Positions 57,250 through 64,000 of a stretch of 64,000 nucleotides of DNA are shown piece by piece. Below the pieces are notes generated by a model. That model did no database searches and had not been told where the DNA came from. It saw nothing but the letters and a program-made list of their open reading frames with translations. Source of the stretch: Macrostomum lignano (Eukaryota). Each line of letters starts with the position of its first letter. Within the stretch, counting starts at the first letter, position 1. A program made the translations under genes and the position numbers. The stretch lies in NCBI GenBank assembly GCA_002269645.1, contig NIVC01001722.1:1-64000 (forward strand). Direction: 5' to 3'.

Positions 57250-58359
57250 TTGCGTTTTTTAACTTTTTATTTTCATATACTATACTAGCCTCCCGAGTAG
57301 TAGTTTAGTAAGTAGTTTAAATTGATATTTAGTTTTTGCCGGAACCGAATGGTACATGTATATAATTTATGAGTCGATTATATAATCATCATATAATCTT
57401 TAATCATGCATTTTTAGATTTTCATGTACACATGTAGTATTACCCTGGGGTTGTTACATAATTAGATTAGTTCTAGCATCATTATAATGCGCATATCGGT
57501 TTAATGCAAATATTTCTTGAACTACATAAAATTTTTACCATTTACCTTTCTGGGTAAGCTCTGCGAGTCTGTGCACATGGTATGCATGTACATGTTGCAT
57601 AAAGTTAAAGTAATAAATCCATGCAGTAAATTTGCTTGAAAAATCGTTGATTTCAATTTGCAACTCTCACAGCGTGACTAGCTCAAAAGGCCACTACATG
57701 TATAATTCGTACAAAATGAGAGTGATGTATTATAGCTAGCTAGCAGTAGAAGATACTGTACAGTAGTAGTGTACAGAAGATACAGAAGCACAAGGATGAG
57801 ACGGAAGCGCTGCGACAGCATCGACCCAAGCAGCCTTATCTGCAGAATAAACTGACTTTGACAGGAAAGAAACCCGCGAGGGCCTTGAGAGCTAGCTTGA
57901 GCGCTCTTGAAAGCATCGGAAATAAACCAATATCCGCATTTGCCCTTTTCCCGCATTCCCGCACCGTCAGATGGGGCTGGGCAACCTGCTGTGCCCCTCG
58001 TCCCTACCCATGCAATACATGGCTGATAAAAGTGCAACGAGTTATATTAGAAACAGACGTTCAGAGCTGAGAATTAAGCCATTGTCTAACCCTAAAAGGC
58101 TGTGCCAGTAGGTTCAGATTTACGCTCGTATAGCTCATATTACTGATATCTTATGACATGCTTTCCACTGTTGTGAACTCTATTAATAGGCTGCTTTGCA
58201 CTCTTTAATTAACTCGCGTGTTCGTCCATCCTCAGATACCGTAGCGATCGCTCCCTGAGACTGCTTGGACATTCTCCCTGTGATCCGCTTCCTCTACTCT
58301 TCAGACTTTCCTCAGAAAATCAAACTGTAGTTATGCGTCTTCCTCTCCTCCACCTTTTT

Positions 58360-59214
58360 ACTCTTCCCTACAGTCTCCCTCTCTCCTATCTTTTCACTCT
58401 CCTCTACAGTCTCCCTTTTCACTATCTTCTCACCAAGGACTACTAGACGAAGCCTACTAGACTATAAAGAAGCGTTCTTAGAGATCCTTGCTTCTCACTC
58501 TCTCCTACCGTCTCCCTCTCCCCTACCGTCTCCTTCTCCCCTACCGTCTCCTTCTCCCTACCGTCTCCTTCTCCCCTACCGTCTCCTTCTCCCCTACCGT
58601 CTCCTTCTCCCCTACCGTCTCCTTCTCCCCTACCGTCTCCCTCTCCCCTACCGTCTCCTTTTCCCCTACCGTCTCCTTCTTCCCTACCGTCTCCCTCTCC
58701 CCTACCGTCTCCTTCTCCCCTACCGTCTCCCTCTCCCCTACCGTCTCCCTCTCCCCTACCGTCTCCTTCTCCCCTACCGTCTCCTTCTCCCCTACCGTCT
58801 CCTTCTCCCCTACCGTCTCACTCTCTCCTACAGTCTCACTCTCCCCTACCGTCTCCTTCTCCCCTACAGTCACCTTCTCCCCTACGGTCTCCTTCTCCCC
58901 TACAGTCTCCTTCTTCCCTACCGTCTCACTCTCTCCTACAGTCTCACTCTCTCCTACAGTCTCACTCTCTCCTACAGTCTCACTCTCTCCTACAGTCTCA
59001 CTCTCTCCTACTCTCCCCTACAGTCTCACTCTCCCCTACTGTCTCCTTCTCCCCTACCGTCTCCTCCCCTACCGTCTCACTCTCCCCTACCGTCTCACTC
59101 TCCCCTACCGTCTCACTCTCCCCTACCGTCTCACTCTCTCCTACAGTCTCACTCTCTCCTACAGTCTCACTCTCTCCTACTCTCCCCTACAGTCTCACTC
59201 TCCCCTACTGTCTC
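58360..59214. repeat. 18-bp pyrimidine-rich minisatellite (continues at 63943-64000 beyond the LTR element)
   Basis: Unit ccgtctccttctccccta and variants. Confidence 0.95.
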
Positions 59215-59582
<368 letters not shown>

Positions 59583-59652
59583 TCTCCCCCCTAAAGTTCG
59601 AAACATCCCCTAGCAAAGTTCGTTCGAAGTCAGAGTCAGTTCAAATTCAGGA

Positions 59653-62600
59653 TCAAAGTTGCAGGCGTTCAGGTGGCTGCCTCCGACGCTGCGGATAGCG
59701 CCTCGCCGGACTGCTCGGCCGGTCAGCGGCGGCGGTGGCCGCGTCATCCTGCGGCGCGTCATTGCCGCCGTCGCCTTCGCTTTGCTCGGTGGGCAGCGAA
59801 TGCGGTTCATCGGAGACAGCGGCCGGCGTCACCGGGTCGGCCTCTGGCAGCGAGCTCGTCAGCAGCTGGTCCGTGTGCCGCCGATGGAGAGCGCCGCCGA
59901 CCTCAACGACACAGTTGCGGGATCCAGCGGACACGACGCTGCCCTCCGCCCAGCGGGTGCCGCCGCCAGCCCTAGCGTTGGAGCTGAAGTCGCGCAGTAG
60001 AACTCGGTCGCCGACTTGAAACTCGCGCGCATGCGGCTGCTGCTCGACCTGCCGCTCTTGGTGCTGCTGCATGCTGCTCGTCAGCGATGGCATCAGCAGG
60101 TCCAGCCGACTGCGCAGTCTGCGGCCGATGAGCAGCTGGCTGGGAGCTTCGCCGGTGATCGAGTGCGGCGTGTTGCGGTAGGACAGCAGCATCTGCTGCA
60201 GTGCCGCCGTCGAGTGCCCGCTCTTGAGCAGATGTCGCTTGAGCACCTGAACGAACCTCTCCGCTTGGCCGTTCGTTGCCGGATGGAACGGCGCCGAGAA
60301 AACATGCCGAATGCCGTTGCGCCTTGTGAACTCGCCGAACTCCGCGGAGGTGAACTGCGTGCCGTTGTCGGAGACCAACACCCGGGGAATGCCCAGTCTG
60401 GCGAAGACCTCGCGGAGTCGCTCGATGGTGGCAGCAGACGTAACGCTGTGCACCTGATGAACCTCCGGCCACTTGCTGAAGGCGTCCACGATGACCAGGT
60501 ACGTGCGACCGTTAACGGGGCCGGCGAAGTCCAGGTGCAGCCTCGCCCAAGGTTCAGCAGGAAACGGCCACGGTTGCACCGGCGCTTTGGGCGGGTCGGC
60601 CTGGTTCAGCATGCAGGTCCGGCACGACTTGACGGTCATCGCAAGCTGCTCGTCCAGGCCGGGCCACCAGACGTAGCTGCGGGCTAGCGCTCGCATGCGG
60701 TTGATGCCGGGATGCGCCTGGTGCAGCTCGTCCAGCACGCCTTGTCGCAGAACCGCGGGCACCACGACGCGGGCGCCCCACAGCACGCAGCCTTGTTCAA
60801 CGCTCAGCTCGTCCTGGCGCCTCGAGAAGTCGATGAGATCGGCGCCAGCCATTGGCGCGCCAGTCTGCAGACAGCGAAGCACCCGGCCGAGAATGGCATC
60901 CGAGCGAGTGCTGCGCGCGACCGCCTGAGCCGTTATGGCGGACCCGGTCTCCTCATCCAGTAGCAGGGCGTTGACGGCCGGCTCTTCCTCAAACTGCCTC
61001 GGCAATGGCAGCCGGGACAGAGAGTCGCAGTTGGCGTGCTTGCTGGTGGGCCGGAACTCCAGCGAGTAGTCGTAACCGGCCAAACGGATCGCCCAGCGCT
61101 GCATGCGAGCCGCGGCGTGCTCTGGAATCGCCTTGTTTTCACCGAGAAGTCCTAGGAGCGGCTTGTGGTCGGTCACGATGACGAACTTGCGGCCTTGGAG
61201 GAACTGATTGAAGCGCTGGAGGCCGAACATGATCGCTAGCGCCTCCTTGTCTAACTGCGAGTAGCCCTTTTGAGCCGTCGTCAGGCTGCGACTTGCGAAG
61301 GCAATGGCTCAGTCCTGGCCGTCCACTCGGTGCGTCAGCACCACGCCGAGACCATAGGGGCTGGCGTCGCACTCTAGCCGCAGCGACAGCTTGGCGTCAT
61401 AATGCATCAGCACCGGAGACTCGAGCAGAAGACGCTTGGACTTCTCGAAGGCTATCTGCTGAGGCTCCCCCCACGTCCAGCGCGTGTTCTTAGTCAGCAG
61501 CTGATTCAGGGGAGCGACAACCGTGGACAGATGAGGCAGAAATTTGCCGTAGTGCGTCAACATGCCCAAATAAGCTCGGAGTTGACTGCAGTCTGCGGGT
61601 GGCGGGGCGTCCTGCACCGCCTTCACCTTCTCTGTCAGCGGCCGCAGTCCGTTGCTGTCGATCCGGTGGCCCAGATACTCGACCGAATCGCGGAACAACT
61701 CGCACTTGTCTTTGTTCAGCCGTAGGCCCGCCTCCCGTAGGCGCTGAAGGACCTTGATAAGATTCTCGCGATGATGCTGCAGCGTCTTGCCCGTCACCAG
61801 GATGTCGTCCACAAAGACTTGCACAGACTCTAGGTCACCGAGCAGCGAGTCTAGCGTGCGCTGGAATACCGCACTGGCGCAGTTGATGCCGAACGGCATG
61901 CGGTTCAGCTGGTACAGGCCTCGCTGCGTGTTGATGGTCAAGAAGGGCTTGCTGTCCTCAGACAATGGCAGCTGCAGGAAGGCGTTTGACATGTCCAGCT
62001 TGGACCATTTGCAGCCGCCACCCAGCTTTGCAAATAAGTCCTCAATGCGCGGCAGTGGGTACAGCTCCGGCCTGGACTCTGCGTTGTAGGTGAGCTTGTA
62101 GTCGCCGCAGATCCTCACCGAACCGTCCTTCTTGACAACAGGCACAATTGGCGCAGCCCAGTCGGAATGTTTGACTGGCGTGATGATGCCGTCAGTCTCC
62201 ATCCGTCGAAGTTCCTGATCGACGCGCTCCCGGAGTGCATAGGGGACCGGTCTGGCCTTGAAAAAGCGCGGCTTCGCCTCAGTCGGCATGTGCAGTTTCA
62301 CCTCGCCGTGCCGATAGGTGCCAAGGCCGCCTTGGAAGACCTCGGGGAACTGCGCGAGCAGATCAGCTGCTTGTCCGGTCACTGAGTTGACCTGACCAAG
62401 GATCGTCGGCCAGGCCAATCTCAGCTGCGTCAGCCAGTCGCGACCCAGTAGTGCGACATCGCCTTGCTCGACCACAAGCAGCGTCAACCGCCGATCTTGG
62501 CCATTATGCTGAACTGCGACCTCTGCCTGTCCGATGGGTCGAAAGCTCTCGCCCGTGAAGGTGCGCAGCACCGTGGATGTCGGCGACAGACGGAGACCCG

Positions 62601-63588
62601 GCAGGACATCATCTTGGAGACTCTTCGGGATGACGGTGAGGGCGGAGCCGGTATCCACCTCGAAGCGACATGGCTTGCCTTGGAGCAGCAGCTCGACCGC
62701 CAGACCCTTGCTGGATCCGCTCTGCCTAATGCTGAAGAGGGGCTCCTGCTGCTCAGACGGCTCTGGGTCCAGCTTGTGCAGCTTTGAAGACCTGCACACC
62801 TTGCGGATGTGCCCGACTTTGCCGCAGTTATGGCACTTGGCCTCACGAAGCTTGCACTGCTGCCGACTGTGGGCGCCGCCGCAGCTTGCACACGCGCCTG
62901 AGGCAGCAGCTGACCGCATAGCGTTGGCTTGAGCTCCGGGCGGCTGCCGGGGAGCCTGCTTGTTGAATTTGTTGAGCTCTTTGGGCGCAGCGGGCTTCTT
63001 GTGGAGACGCAGGTGGGCAACTGCTTCAGCACGGTGCGCCATCTCCGACGACGATTTCTCCGCTGCCTCCAATGCGTCGACTCTGGCCACGAGCGTCTTG
63101 AAGTCGGGCTGTTCGATCTCCAGCAGCTTTGCACGGTGCACGTCACTGCGGAGACCGAAGACAAACTGGTCGCGCAGTCTCTCGTCCAGAGTGCTGATGC
63201 AGTGGGATCCGTCTGACCCGTCCAGAGTGAACTCAAATTTGCAATGCTCCGAGGCAGCCTTTAGGCCAGCAATAAAGTCCGCGAGACTCTCGCCGGGCTT
63301 CTGCACGCGCTGTTGAAAGCGGAATCTGGCGGATAACATTGACGTCTTGGGAGAGTAATGTGCCCTCAAGACAGCAGCTAAGTCTGAGTATGACTTGGAG
63401 GTCACCGTTTCCGGCAGGCACAGATTCCGAAGAACCTTGTAAGCGTCTTCTCCGATGGCGGTCACCAGCGTGGCGACCTTCGCCTCGTCTCGGACTTCTT
63501 TACAGATGAAGTATTGTTCGAGCCTCTCTAGGTATACCTCAATGTCAGAGTTTGCAGAGAGTTCTGGAATTCTACCAGTTGTAGCCAT
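59653..63588 (-). pseudogene. Gag-Pol polyprotein with a single in-frame TGA in RNase H (61311-61309)
   Basis: Two Cys/His knuckles (CASCGGAHSRQQC, CHNCGKVGHIRKVC), PR VDTGS, RT FVDD, RH CDAS...D*AIAFASRSL, IN HQAH..CRTC and DFAGP/SDNG/AERF; ORFs 63588-61309 and 61230-59653 share a frame. Confidence 0.92.
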
Positions 63589-63602
63589 TTTCTCGTCGCC
63601 AA

Positions 63603-63741
63603 TGTGAAATTATGAGCCGAGTGATTGTAGTTAGAAGTAGAAAAGGAAGGACACGTGAAACTCTCCACGCGCGGTGTTGTATTTATTTATATTGATTTAC
63701 TGACTCAGCACAGACAGAGATTAGGGGTGGGTGACTGAACA

Positions 63742-63817
<76 letters not shown>

Positions 63818-63942
63818 AATAACCAACTCCAAACCCCACCGACACTGGGGTGGCAAAAGTGCACTAGATCTAAAAAATAAACAAATAATAATAACTAACT
63901 GAGAGACCTAGCCAAGCCATACACATAACTAACTATCTGACA
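63603..63942 (-). repeat. 5' LTR (340 bp) with (GA)34
   Basis: Same sequence as 59215-59582 with 14 fewer GA units. Confidence 0.95.
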
Positions 63943-64000
63943 GTCTCCTTCTCCCCTACCGTCTCCTCCCCTACCGTCTCACTCTCTCCTACCGTCTCCC

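Noticed and set aside
61300-61320. Programmed stop-codon readthrough in the Gypsy ORF
   Set aside because: The stop is inside RNase H rather than at the gag-pol boundary, and its 3' context (GCCATT) does not fit known readthrough signals; a nonsense mutation is simpler.

Overview
Eukaryotic (metazoan) genomic DNA, not prokaryotic. It has GC-rich exons, GT-AG introns and very dense minisatellites. The style suggests a free-living flatworm such as Macrostomum, which is my inference and was not verified. Host genes: a cluster of four related intronless class A (rhodopsin-like) orphan GPCRs (three intact at 2791-3933 +, 7502-8647 - and 24328-25407 -, plus a chimeric or broken copy at 1-706), PEX13, RAB28, and a roughly 14-exon phosphorylase kinase alpha subunit gene (36981-57249, -). 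Mobile DNA: a near-complete ~9.5 kb Helitron with a spliced STPR-OTU-Rep-Hel gene and both termini, a degenerate DIRS/Ngaro-type element, a very young Ty3/Gypsy (Mag-like) LTR element inserted in a minisatellite, a truncated Penelope-like element arranged as an inverted repeat with hammerhead ribozyme motifs, two tRNA-headed CORE-type SINEs, an RTE LINE fragment and several MITEs (three with 8-bp TSDs). About 20 unrelated tandem-repeat arrays fill introns and intergenic space. The most unusual signals are: (1) a near-identical ~345-bp TM2-TM4 core shared by otherwise divergent GPCR paralogs, a patchwork gene-conversion pattern; (2) hammerhead-bearing foldback elements; (3) a SINE pair showing intron-specific CpG loss; (4) a satellite made of tandem Pol III B-boxes. 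All alignments were done by eye; no searches were run.
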